Positions 17,403 to 27,004 of a DNA stretch of 64,000 nt are shown in pieces. Every line of letters starts with the position of its first letter. Position 1 is the stretch's first letter. This stretch comes from Actinomycetota bacterium (GTDB lineage Bacteria > Actinomycetota > Thermoleophilia > Solirubrobacterales > 70-9): contig JBKPFS010000107.1 of NCBI GenBank assembly GCA_046728935.1, positions 1,660-65,659 on the forward strand. Reading direction: 5' to 3'. The position numbers and the translations under genes were made by a program. The notes below the pieces were generated by a model. It was not told the DNA's origin, made no database searches, and saw nothing but the letters and a program-made list of their open reading frames with translations.

Positions 17403-18188
17403 GGCTGGGGCCGTCGGCCGGCGCCGTCGTCGCCGGACCGCTGCCCGGCACGAACGCCTTGAGGAGGTCGATCGGCAACGGGAAGACGATCGTCGTGTTC
17501 TGGCTCACGCCCATCTCCAGGAGCGTCTGCAGGTAGCGGAGCTGGAGCGTCGCCGGGTTCTGGCTGATGATGTTCGCGGCCTGACCGAGCTTCTCGGCGG
17601 CCTGGAACTCGGCGTCGGCGCCGATGATCTTCGCGCGCCGCTCGCGCTCGGCCTCGGCCTGGCGGGCGATCACCCTTTGCATGTCCTGTGGCAGCTCGAC
17701 GTCCTTGACCTCGACGGTCGAGACCTTCACTCCCCAGGGCTCGGTCTGCTCGTCGATGATCTGCTGGAGCTCGATGTTGAGCCGCTCGCGCTCGCTGAGC
17801 AGCGCGTCGAGCTCCGCCTTGCCGAGCACCGAGCGCAGCGTCGTCTGCGCGATCTGCGAGGTGGCGAGGAGGAAGTTCTCGACCTCGGTGATCGCCATGT
17901 TGGGATCGATGACCCGGAAGTAGGCGACCGCGTTCACCCGCACGGTGACGTTGTCCTTGCTGATCACCCCTGCGGCGGCACGTTCAGCGTCACCGTTCGC
18001 AGGTCGACGCGGACCATCTTGTCGATGATCGGAATCAGCAGGATCAGCCCCGGCCCCTTCTGCGCGATCAGGCGACCGAGCCGGAAGATCACCCCCCGCT
18101 CGTACTCGCGCAGGATGCGGATCGCCGAGGCGAGGAGGATCAGCACGAAGACGGCAAGGACGCCGATGATTGCGATGGCTACTCCCAC
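17392..18188 (-). pseudogene. SPFH/band-7 (stomatin-like) protein interrupted by a single -1 frame change at 17964-17970
   Basis: ORF 17964..18188 (...[17 protein letters not shown]...[14 protein letters not shown]) and ORF 17392..17967 ([19 protein letters not shown]...) together form one complete stomatin-like protein. Confidence 0.85.
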
Positions 18189-19531
18189 TATTCCTCCTGT
18201 CTCTCGGTCGCTGAAACCGGTCGAACCCGCAGGGTCAGTCCCTCGACGGACTCGACTCGCACTCTAACGCCGCGCTCGAGTGCGCTGTCCTCACCGGCTT
18301 CGCCAGCACCGTCGGCGACGCTGGCGCGCCAGAGCGCGCCGTTCACGAACACCTGCCCGACCGGATCGAGGCGGTCGCGCACGTCCCCCTCGGCCCCGAC
18401 GAGCTCCTCCCAGCCGGTCATCACCGGCCGCGTGCGCGCCTGGACCACCTTCTGCACGGCGAACGCCATGAAGCCACCGAGGAGCAGGGTGACCAGGACC
18501 ACCACCGGCGCCGAGACCTCGAAGGCGTCGGAGTTGGTGTTGAACAGCAGCAGCCCGGAGAGCGCCATCGCCAGGACGCCGACGCCGCCGAGGATGCCGT
18601 GTGTCGGGAGATGGGCCTCGGCGATGATCATCGCCACGCCGAAGACGAGCAGCAGGATCCCGGCGGCGGTCACCGGGAGCTGGGCGGTGCCGTAGAGGCC
18701 GAGCAGGAACGAGATCGCCCCCAGGGTGCCCGGGAGGATCACCCCGGGGCTGAAGATCTCGATCGCGAGCCCGACCAGCCCGGCGAGCAGCAGCAGATAC
18801 GCGACGTTCGGGTTGACGAGGATCTGGAGCAGCTCGAGCAGGAAGGGCATGTCGTGGCGCTCGATCTCGAGCCCGTCGGTGTCGAGCGTCTGTGCCTTCG
18901 GTCCCTTGACTCGGAAGCCGTCGAGCTCCGAGAGCAGCTCCTCCTCGGTGCCGGCGACGGCGTCGATCAGGTTGGTGTCGCGGGCCTCCTCCGCGGCGAA
19001 GTTCTCGGCGTCGGTGACCATCGTCCCGGCCAGGTCGCCGTCTCGGCCGTGGCCGCCCGCCAGCGCCCGCATGTAGGCGGCGGCGTCGTTCTCGACCTTC
19101 TGGCCGAGCACCGAGTCGATGTCCCCGCCGGTGATCGACACCGGGCTCGCCGAGCCGATGTTGGTACCGGGGGCCATCGCCGCGACGTCCGCGGACTCCG
19201 TGATGAACGCGCCAGCCGAGGCGGCGCGCGAGCCGTCCGGTGACACGTAGACGACCACCGGCATCGGCGCCGCGAGGATGTCCTTGATGATCTCGCGCAT
19301 CGAGTCGTCGAGCCCGCCGGGCGTGTCGAGCGTGATCACCGCCAGCGCCGCGTCCTCGTCGGCGGCGTCGTCGAGCGCTTGGTCGATCCACTTCTCGCTC
19401 GCCGGATCGACCGTGCCGTCGAACTCGATCGTGTAGGCGACACGGGACTCCTGGGCGCCTGCGCTCGACGCAAGCAACGCTCCAAGGGCAAGTAGGAGCG
19501 GCCAAACGAGCAGTCGCGCATGCCGCGGCAT
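18188..19531 (-). CDS. NfeD-family membrane-bound ClpP-class serine protease
   Basis: Signal peptide, then [46 protein letters not shown], a multi-TM segment and a C-terminal OB-like domain. It sits directly upstream of the SPFH gene, which is the classic pairing. Confidence 0.85.
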   Translation of the reverse strand: MPRHARLLVWPLLLALGALLASSAGAQESRVAYTIEFDGTVDPASEKWIDQALDDAADEDAALAVITLDTPGGLDDSMREIIKDILAAPMPVVVYVSPDGSRAASAGAFITESADVAAMAPGTNIGSASPVSITGGDIDSVLGQKVENDAAAYMRALAGGHGRDGDLAGTMVTDAENFAAEEARDTNLIDAVAGTEEELLSELDGFRVKGPKAQTLDTDGLEIERHDMPFLLELLQILVNPNVAYLLLLAGLVGLAIEIFSPGVILPGTLGAISFLLGLYGTAQLPVTAAGILLLVFGVAMIIAEAHLPTHGILGGVGVLAMALSGLLLFNTNSDAFEVSAPVVVLVTLLLGGFMAFAVQKVVQARTRPVMTGWEELVGAEGDVRDRLDPVGQVFVNGALWRASVADGAGEAGEDSALERGVRVRVESVEGLTLRVRPVSATERQEE

Positions 19532-19601
19532 GGGTCAATTATCCGCCGCATTGGCGTTTTCCTTCGGCATCTCCGAAAAAAGGCGCCAGACGCGTCGTTG
19601 G

Positions 19602-20177
19602 CTAGCGCGCGTAGCGGTCGATGTCGTCCGCGAGGTCGTCCTCCGACTCGTACGGGCCCTGCTTCAGGTAGGCGAGCTCGCCGGTGGCGTCGTAGAACGC
19701 CGTCGACGGAAGCCCAACCGAGTGGAGGTCTCTTCGGACGTCGTCGTCGGGATCGGTGAAGCTGGGATACGGGACCGGGAACTCGTCCAGGAAGGTGCGC
19801 GCTGCATCTTCGGAATCCCTGACGTCGACCCCGAGGAACGCGATGCGCTCCCCGCGCTTTGCCGACTGGGACTGGAGGTACGGAAACTCGAACCGGCAGG
19901 GGCCGCACCACGAGGCCCAGACGTTGACAACCACGGGATATCCCCGAAGCTCGTCGAGTTGAGCCTCAAGCGCGTTCTTGCCGCCGTCGAGCAGCTCGTT
20001 GCCCTGGTCGTAGACGGCCGCCAGCTTCGGCGGGGCGTCAGCGAGCGCCTTCGCGTAGTCGGTCGCCCGCGACGCCGGATTGCCCGCGTCCTCGTCGCCG
20101 GAATCGCCGCCACAGGCACCGAGCCCGAGCGCCAGCGCGGCCACGATGCTTGCTACCGAGGCGTGTCGAAGTCCCAT
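19602..20177 (-). CDS. TlpA/ResA-like thiol-disulfide oxidoreductase lipoprotein
   Basis: The ATG at 20177 gives MGLRHASVASIVAALALGLGACGG (lipobox). WASWCGPCRFEFP is the thioredoxin motif. Confidence 0.85.
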   Translation of the reverse strand: MGLRHASVASIVAALALGLGACGGDSGDEDAGNPASRATDYAKALADAPPKLAAVYDQGNELLDGGKNALEAQLDELRGYPVVVNVWASWCGPCRFEFPYLQSQSAKRGERIAFLGVDVRDSEDAARTFLDEFPVPYPSFTDPDDDVRRDLHSVGLPSTAFYDATGELAYLKQGPYESEDDLADDIDRYAR

Positions 20178-20340
20178 TCGCTCGCTGGGATGGTTTAATT
20201 CAAGTCGGTCCCGTCTCGGACCACCGGGGGCTGTCGGTCCATCCAGAGGGGAACTCGGTCCGGCGGCGCCTCCACCGAGCTTATTCGCTCGCCTTCCAAC
20301 ACCTGGATCACGCGGCGAGCGCGAGACGGAGCCGTTCTCA

Positions 20341-22830
20341 ATGACCAAGAGCACTGACGTCGTCGCTAGCGCGGCAAGGGACATCAGCGAAGCTGATCTC
20401 GAACGGGTGCGCGAATTCACCCGTGAGCCGATCGTGCTCGAGGGAGAGACCGCCGCGGACCTCGCCCCGGGCAGCGCCGTGCGCCGCGCCGTGGAGGCGG
20501 CCCTCCGGGAGCTCGAGGCCGGCGCCGAGGCTCCCTCCTTCGAGTGGCGGCAGAACTACTCGCTGGTGCTCGGGCTCGAGCGGCTGCTCGCCGAGGACAC
20601 GCCGCGTCTGCGCGACGGGGCCGAGCTCTCGGAGCACCAGGTCGACGCCCTCTCGGGGACGCTTGCCGCGCTCGTCTCGGAGCTGGAGAAGAACGGTGAC
20701 CTGCGCACGAACGGCATGCGGGGCAACGGCGGCGCAGCGGCCGTCGAGGGCGAGGCGACCGTCGACGAGAACGGTGAAGGCGACGGGAAGGGCGTGCTGC
20801 CCGAGGACGAGGTCCTCGAGCCCGACGAGGAGGAGCCGCGCGATTGGGAGGAGCCCGCGGAGGGCGAGCAGGTTGAGGAGGCTCCCGAGGACCCCGGCGC
20901 GGATCGGCGGTTCTGGTTCGAGCACGCGACCGGAGCCGGCAAGACCGTCGCCGCGGTGGGATTCATCGACGCCTCCCGCACGGGTGGCGTCCTGATCCTC
21001 ACCCACCGGCGAAACCTCGTCGACCAGTTCATCGGCGAGATCTCGGACCGCGGCTACAAGGAACGGCTGTCGCCGCCGCTGCTCGATGGCGCCGACCATC
21101 CGTACGGGCCGGTGACGGTCGAGACCTACCAGTGGTTCGTCCGCAACGCCACCCGGGTCTCGGACGCCTACGCGATCGTGATCTGCGACGAGGCGCACAC
21201 CGCCCTGGGCGAGAAGACCAGCGCCTGCATCCGCCAATGGACGGGCCCCGTGTTCATCGGCATGACCGCGACCGGGGCGCTGATCGCGCGCCACGTCGCC
21301 GACTTGTTCCCGACCCAGACCTCGCGCTTCGACCTCGCCCAAGCGGCGCGGCGCGGTGTGATCGCGCCGCTTCGCTGCATCCGCATCCCACCCGGCCCGG
21401 GGGTGAGGACGATCGCGAAGGTGCCCCTGCGGCGCGGCGAGGTTGACCAGGACTTCGACCAGGAAGAGCTGGCCAAGCTCTTGGACCAGGAGCCGTTCAA
21501 CGTCGCCGTCGCCGACCTCTATCAATCGCGATTCCGGCGCATCCCCGGCGTCGTCTACACGGCGGGCGTGAGGCACGCCAACCACGTCGCCAAGGCGTTC
21601 CAGGACGTCGGCATCAACGCCCGCGCGGTCTCGGGGGAGACGCCCAAGCGCGAGCTGGCCGAGATTCTCGCCGCCTTCGAGCGCGGTGAGGTCGACCTGC
21701 TGTGCAATGCGATGCTGCTCGCGGAGGGCTGGAACTCCCCCAGGGCGACGCTCTGCATGCACCTCGCCCCGACCGCTTCGCGACGCGTCTACCAGCAGCG
21801 GGTCGGCCGCGTGACTCGCCGAGCGTCGGGCAAGGAGGCGGGGCTGGTGATCGACTTCGTGCACCCGGCGACCACGAGCGACGAGACCATCGTCACGCTT
21901 CACAGCCTGCTCGACCGCGACGTCTACCGCGGCGGCGCGATCGTGGTCGGGCCGGTGCGCCGGGGGCGCGGCAGGCGGGTTCGCGTCGAGCGCCGCGTGG
22001 TGCCCGTCTCGGCCGAGCCGGAGCGCCGGCTGGCGGTGCTCGAGCGCGAGCTGTGGCGGATCGCCGTCGAGCACCTGAACTACTCCGAGCAGCACGCCTG
22101 GGCGGCCCTCGCCGGCGCCCGGGTGACGCCGAACAACTGGCGGCGCGCCAAGGCGATGCTCCAGCACGACCAGGGCAACGAGCTGCGGCTGCGCTTCCTC
22201 CTCACCTGCGTGCAGCGCAACCGCAATCACCAGCTCCGGCTCAAGGCGCTGGGAGAGATCGCTGCGACGCGCGAGGCGGAGCCCTTCGACGACGCGGTCG
22301 AGATCGTCGCCACCTGGCCCCGAGACGAGCGGCGAGCCGGGGCGCGCGTGCTGCTCCAGGCGCTGGCCGAGCGCCGGATCGGCCGCCGCGACCAGGCCCA
22401 GGCATGGGTCTGGCGCCTCGCGGCGATCACTCGCGAGCTCCACGAGGAGTACGCCGTGCAGCGGTGGCCAGAGACCAAGCGGCTGCTCGGCCTGTTCGTC
22501 AACTCCTCCGGGCGCGCGCACGGCCGCAACGCGCGCCGGATTGTCCACGCCGCGCGCCAGCAGGATCGCCGGCTCGCGGTGGCGCTCCTCGCAGCGGCGC
22601 TCGCGCACACCCCCGAGGCCGAGGAGGTGCTGCGCGGCGCGCGGATGCGGATGGCCCGCAAGCCCTCGGCGGTCGCCCGCGAGCTGCTGCGGAACTTCCC
22701 CAGGTCGGGCGGCAAGCGCCGCAGGCGCCGAAAGCGCGGCGAGGGCGGGGATGCAAACGGCAAGGGCAAGCAGCGCGAGCGGCTGGCCGCCCACGACCCC
22801 GACGACAAGGGCTCAACCGACTCGGAGTGA
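20341..22830 (+). CDS. Superfamily-2 DEAD/DEAH-box helicase with a long Arg-rich C-terminal extension
   Basis: HATGAGKT (Walker A), VICDEAHT (DEAH), GMTAT, and AEGWNSP...QQRVGRVTRR (motif VI). ATG at 20341. About 300 aa after the helicase core have no recognisable motif. Confidence 0.85.
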   Translation: MTKSTDVVASAARDISEADLERVREFTREPIVLEGETAADLAPGSAVRRAVEAALRELEAGAEAPSFEWRQNYSLVLGLERLLAEDTPRLRDGAELSEHQVDALSGTLAALVSELEKNGDLRTNGMRGNGGAAAVEGEATVDENGEGDGKGVLPEDEVLEPDEEEPRDWEEPAEGEQVEEAPEDPGADRRFWFEHATGAGKTVAAVGFIDASRTGGVLILTHRRNLVDQFIGEISDRGYKERLSPPLLDGADHPYGPVTVETYQWFVRNATRVSDAYAIVICDEAHTALGEKTSACIRQWTGPVFIGMTATGALIARHVADLFPTQTSRFDLAQAARRGVIAPLRCIRIPPGPGVRTIAKVPLRRGEVDQDFDQEELAKLLDQEPFNVAVADLYQSRFRRIPGVVYTAGVRHANHVAKAFQDVGINARAVSGETPKRELAEILAAFERGEVDLLCNAMLLAEGWNSPRATLCMHLAPTASRRVYQQRVGRVTRRASGKEAGLVIDFVHPATTSDETIVTLHSLLDRDVYRGGAIVVGPVRRGRGRRVRVERRVVPVSAEPERRLAVLERELWRIAVEHLNYSEQHAWAALAGARVTPNNWRRAKAMLQHDQGNELRLRFLLTCVQRNRNHQLRLKALGEIAATREAEPFDDAVEIVATWPRDERRAGARVLLQALAERRIGRRDQAQAWVWRLAAITRELHEEYAVQRWPETKRLLGLFVNSSGRAHGRNARRIVHAARQQDRRLAVALLAAALAHTPEAEEVLRGARMRMARKPSAVARELLRNFPRSGGKRRRRRKRGEGGDANGKGKQRERLAAHDPDDKGSTDSE

Positions 22831-23535
22831 GACCTCGCCCGCGCCGAGGGCGCGGCGTTCGCCATGGGGCGTCGTGATCAGCAGGTTCCCCCGCTCGTCG
22901 GTTCCGGCCGCGGTCCCGCGAAGCGTCTCGCCCGCCTCCTCCCACGAGACCTCGCGGCCGGCGAGCGCGTCGAGCTCGCGGTAGGCGGCCAGCACCCGCT
23001 CCGGGTCGGCCTCCACCCACTCCGCGAGCGCCCGATCCAGGGCGCGGCGCGCCTCGTCGACCGCTACCCCACAGCCGATCGAGGTCGCTGGCCAGCGAAG
23101 GTCGGCGGGGAACTCGTCGTCCGCGATCGTCAGGTTGATGCCCACCCCGATCACGGCCCACTCCGACGGCCTGGCCTCGATCAGCACCCCGCCCAGCTTC
23201 CGCTCGGAGAGCCAAAGGTCGTTCGGCCACTTGATCGCCGGGCTCACCGGCGCCAGCGAGGAGATCGCCTCGCAGGCGGCGACCGGGACGGCCAGCGGCA
23301 GCAGGGCGTGCCTTTCGTCGACCGGGCGCAGGATCGCCGAGTAGAGCAGCGCCTTGCCGGGCGGCGCGCTCCAGGTTCGCCCCCGCCTGCCGCGCCCCGC
23401 GGTCTGGGCGCCCGCCGTGACCACGGTCCCGGCCGGCGCGCCGGCCACGGCCAGCTCGCGCGCGCGTTCGTTGGTGGAGTCGGTGAGCGCGAAGTGGCGA
23501 TGCGGCGCGCCGAAGGCGAGCGGGCGGGTGCTCAC
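22813..23535 (-). CDS. birA: Biotin--[acetyl-CoA-carboxylase] ligase
   Basis: GRGRRGRTWSAPPGKALLYS and KWPNDLWLSERKLGGVLIE motifs. Confidence 0.85.
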   Translation of the reverse strand: MSTRPLAFGAPHRHFALTDSTNERARELAVAGAPAGTVVTAGAQTAGRGRRGRTWSAPPGKALLYSAILRPVDERHALLPLAVPVAACEAISSLAPVSPAIKWPNDLWLSERKLGGVLIEARPSEWAVIGVGINLTIADDEFPADLRWPATSIGCGVAVDEARRALDRALAEWVEADPERVLAAYRELDALAGREVSWEEAGETLRGTAAGTDERGNLLITTPHGERRALGAGEVSLRVG

Positions 23536-24350
23536 AGAGCGGGCCTGAGCACGACCTCGTCACCCGCGGCGAGGCCGAGGCGCTCCGCCGCGCTGCCCCG
23601 GTTGACCGCGAGCGCGAGGCTGCCGTAGGAGTCCAGGTAGAGCAGGAGCTCGCCCGCCGGGACGTCGGCGAACGTCACCGCGTAGACGGCGTCGAGGGTC
23701 ACCCCGCCCGCCTCGACCCAGAGCCGGTGGCCCAGCCTGAGCCCCGAGTCGATGGCCTGCTCGGCCGCCAGGTCGAGCGCGGCGTTGCCGAACCGATCGA
23801 CGTACGCGACGTGGGCGGACACGAAGCGGCCCGGCTGGATCGAGGGCTCGCTGCGCGCCAGTCGCGTCAACACATCCGGCTCGATCATCTCTCCGACCTC
23901 GGCGAGCGTCGCCCCCTGGGCGATGGTCGCGGCGACCGGCGCGAACACATCTCGGCCGTGAAAGGTGGCCGAGAGCGGCTCGAGTCGAAACGGCGAGCGC
24001 GAGACGTCAGCGGCCTCGACCGCCCCACCCAGCCGCTCGACCGCGGGCCAGAGCAGCCCGTTGTCGGGCCCGACCAGGACTCGCCCCTCGGTGGCGGTCG
24101 TGATCGCTACCGCGCGTCGCTCGGTTCCGACCTCGGGATCGACGATCGCCAGATGTACGCCCGGAGGCGTGAACGGGAGCACGTTGGCGAGCACCGCGGC
24201 GCCCTGGCGGACGTCGTGGCGCTGGATTCCGTGCGTGAGGTCGATCACCGGCGCGTCGGGGGCGATCCGCGCGATCACCGCCCGGCAGACGCCGGCGAAC
24301 TCATCGTCGGTTCCGTAGTCGGAGAGGAAGGTGATCGGGCGCGCGGCCAC
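23532..24350 (-). CDS. SAM hydrolase / SAM-dependent halogenase family protein (DUF62)
   Basis: ITFLSDYGTDDEFAGVCRAVIARIAPDAPVIDLTHGI is the characteristic N-terminus. Confidence 0.85.
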   Translation of the reverse strand: MAARPITFLSDYGTDDEFAGVCRAVIARIAPDAPVIDLTHGIQRHDVRQGAAVLANVLPFTPPGVHLAIVDPEVGTERRAVAITTATEGRVLVGPDNGLLWPAVERLGGAVEAADVSRSPFRLEPLSATFHGRDVFAPVAATIAQGATLAEVGEMIEPDVLTRLARSEPSIQPGRFVSAHVAYVDRFGNAALDLAAEQAIDSGLRLGHRLWVEAGGVTLDAVYAVTFADVPAGELLLYLDSYGSLALAVNRGSAAERLGLAAGDEVVLRPAL

Positions 24351-24592
24351 GCACCGATCTAATCAGGGCCGGGGAGAGGAAGTCGCGCGTCCCGAGGACC
24401 AGATCGACGTGGTGGAGGGCCTCATCCGCGTTGAGATCGAGCGCGTTCCGACCGGCGACGGTGCCGTACGTGACCGAATCGACGTTGCGGGTCATGCGCA
24501 CGTCCACCGCCCCGCCGCCGAGTTCCACGCACCGACTCAGATCGCACCCGGGGCAGGCCTACTCGCGCCGCGTGACGGTGCGCGCCCGATGC

Positions 24593-26110
24593 CTAACGGC
24601 CGGCGGCGTCGGCAAGCAGGGCGTCGACGAGGCCGGAGGGATCGTGTCGGGCCGCCTCGACGTCGACCTCTAGACCGGCCTCGCGAGCGGCCTCGCTCGT
24701 CACCGGCCCGATCGAGACCACGCGGGCCCCGCGTGGGAACCTGTCGCCGACGGCCGCGACGAAGTTCCTGACCGTCGACGAGGACGTGAAGGTGACGTAA
24801 TCGGCCCCCTGCGCGGCCTCGACCGCCTCGGCCTCGGGCTCCTCCGCGACGGTCTCGTAAAGGGCGACGACATCGACCCGTGCACCGCGCTCGCGAAGGG
24901 CGTCGGGGAGCGCGTCGCGGGCCTCCGCGGCCCGGGCGACGAGCACCGGCCGATCGGCGATGTCGAGGTCGGCCAGCGCCTGGACGAGGGCCTCGGCGAC
25001 GAAGCGCTCCGGAACCACATCCGCAATCACGCCTCGCTCGGCGAGCGCGGCCGCCGTGCCGGGCCCGATTGCCGCCACGGTCGCGTTCGCGAGTGCGCGA
25101 GCGTCCCGACCCTCGTTCGCCATCGCCTCGAAGAGAAGGCGGACCCCGTTCGGGCTCGTGAGGCAGACGAGCGCGTAGGAGTGGAGGTCGTGGACGGCGT
25201 CGCGAACCTCCGGGCTGTCGATCCGGGGCACAATCCGAATCGCGGGCAGCTCGATCGCCTCCGCGCCGAGGGCGCGCAGCGCGGCCGCGAGCCCGCTCGC
25301 CTGCGCCCGCGCCCGGGTGACCACGACCGTGCGCCCGTGGAGGGGACGCCGCTCGAGCCAGGCGATGGTCTCGGCGTGCGCCGCCGCAGGGCCGAGGACC
25401 AGAACGGAGGGCGGTCGCAGGCCGGAGCCCTCGACCGCCGCCGGGAGCTCTGCGAGGGTCGCGGTGACCGACCGCTGCCCCGGCAGCGTCCCGCGCTCCA
25501 CGGCGGCCGCCGGCTCTTCAGGATCGCGACCCCCGCCGGTCAGCGCCGAGACGATCTCGGGCACGCGCTTGACCCCCATGTAGAGCACCAGCGTGCCGGG
25601 GAACCGCGCTAGCGCCTCCCAGTCGAGCGCCGACTCGGGCTTGCCCGGATCCTCGTGACCGGTGACGAACGCAACCGCTGAGGCGTCATCGCGATGCGTG
25701 ACCGGGATCCCGGCGTACGCCGGCGCCGCGACGCCGGCGGTCACGCCCGGGACGACCTCGAAAGGGACGCCTGCCGCGGCCAGCGCCTCGGCCTCCTCGC
25801 CTCCACGGCCGAAGACGAACGGGTCGCCTCCCTTGAGGCGCACCACGCTGCGCCCAGCGCGGGCCAGCTCGATCATGCGCTCCGAGATTTGATCCTGCGG
25901 CACCGAGGCGTCCCCCGGCTCCTTCCCCACGTAGAGCACCTCGGCGTCGTCCCGCGCCGCGTCGAGGGCGCCCGGGGGAATCAACCGGTCGTGGAGGATC
26001 GCGTCGGCCGAGGCGATCAGCTCAAGGGAGCGGGCGGTCATCAGGCCGGGATCTCCCGGCCCCGCCCCGACCAGGTAGACGACCCCGGGGCGAGCCCCGC
26101 CCGCGATCAC
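24593..26110 (-). CDS. cobA-hemD: Bifunctional uroporphyrinogen-III C-methyltransferase / uroporphyrinogen-III synthase
   Basis: VYLVGAGPGDPGLMT...GGDPFVFGRGGEE (CobA) followed by a HemD-like C-terminal half. The GTG at 26110 overlaps the hemC stop (GTGA). Confidence 0.9.
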   Translation of the reverse strand: MIAGGARPGVVYLVGAGPGDPGLMTARSLELIASADAILHDRLIPPGALDAARDDAEVLYVGKEPGDASVPQDQISERMIELARAGRSVVRLKGGDPFVFGRGGEEAEALAAAGVPFEVVPGVTAGVAAPAYAGIPVTHRDDASAVAFVTGHEDPGKPESALDWEALARFPGTLVLYMGVKRVPEIVSALTGGGRDPEEPAAAVERGTLPGQRSVTATLAELPAAVEGSGLRPPSVLVLGPAAAHAETIAWLERRPLHGRTVVVTRARAQASGLAAALRALGAEAIELPAIRIVPRIDSPEVRDAVHDLHSYALVCLTSPNGVRLLFEAMANEGRDARALANATVAAIGPGTAAALAERGVIADVVPERFVAEALVQALADLDIADRPVLVARAAEARDALPDALRERGARVDVVALYETVAEEPEAEAVEAAQGADYVTFTSSSTVRNFVAAVGDRFPRGARVVSIGPVTSEAAREAGLEVDVEAARHDPSGLVDALLADAAGR

Positions 26111-27000
26111 GACGCGACCTCGGCCGCAGCGCGGCGCAGGATGTCCTCCGCCCCGGCGGCGAGCATCCGCTCGGCGAGCGTCTCGCCGAGGGTACCCGGT
26201 TGCGCGGGGTCGCCCGCCACGCGGTCGCGAACCCACTCCTCGCCACCGGGCAGCCCCGCGTAACCCTCGACCACGAGCTCGTCGCCGTGGTGAAACGCGT
26301 GGACGCCGACCGGCGTCTGGCAGCTCGCGTCGAGGCGGCCCACGGCGGCGCGCTCAGCGGTGAGCTCCACCAGCGCGGCGCGATCGCTGATCCGTCCGGC
26401 GGCGGTCGCCGCCTGCTCGTCGTCGCCTCTCGCCTCGAGCGCGAGGCACCCCTGCCCCGGGGCGGGCGTCAGCTCCTCGAGCTCGAACAGGAAGGCGATC
26501 TCGTCGTCGCGCCCGAGGCGAGCGAGCCCCGCCACGGCGAGCACGATGCCGTCGAAGTCGCCGTCGGCGAGGCGCCGCAGGCGGGTGTCAACGTTTCCTC
26601 GCAGCTCGGCGACCTCGAGATCCGGGCGCAGCGCGAGCAGCTGTGAGCGCCGGCGAAGGCTCGAGGTGCCCACATGCGCCCCCTCGCCGAGCTCGGGGAG
26701 CGATGGTGCAGCGCCCACGAACGCGTCAGCCGCCTCGGCCCGTCCCGGAACCCCAACGAGCGCCAGACCGTCGGGAAGCTCGCCCGGGAGGTCCTTGGCC
26801 GAGTGAACGCCGAGGTCGACCGCGCCCTCGAGCAGGGCCCCCTCCACGCCGCGTACGAAACGGGACTTGTCGCCGGCCTCGGAGTCGCCGCCGCGGACCG
26901 GGACCACCTCGGCGCCGCCCAGCGCCGCGGCCACCGCCTCGGCCTGAGCGAGCGCCAGCGCGCTTCCCCTGGTGCCCAGTCTCAGCGCCCGGCCCTGCAA
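26107..27000 (-). CDS. hemC: Hydroxymethylbilane synthase (porphobilinogen deaminase)
   Basis: LRLGTRGSALALAQA...RGNVDTRLRRL motifs. The TTG at 27000 lies 4 nt after the hemA stop; the longer listed ORF overlaps hemA. Confidence 0.9.
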   Translation of the reverse strand: MQGRALRLGTRGSALALAQAEAVAAALGGAEVVPVRGGDSEAGDKSRFVRGVEGALLEGAVDLGVHSAKDLPGELPDGLALVGVPGRAEAADAFVGAAPSLPELGEGAHVGTSSLRRRSQLLALRPDLEVAELRGNVDTRLRRLADGDFDGIVLAVAGLARLGRDDEIAFLFELEELTPAPGQGCLALEARGDDEQAATAAGRISDRAALVELTAERAAVGRLDASCQTPVGVHAFHHGDELVVEGYAGLPGGEEWVRDRVAGDPAQPGTLGETLAERMLAAGAEDILRRAAAEVAS

Positions 27001-27004
27001 GCCG

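Noticed and set aside
24301-24528. 75-codon ORF in the 242-nt gap between cobA-hemD and the DUF62 gene.
   Set aside because: It has a GTG start without an RBS, overlaps the well-supported DUF62 start by 50 nt, and has no recognisable motif. It could be a gene remnant, but there is nothing to support a call.
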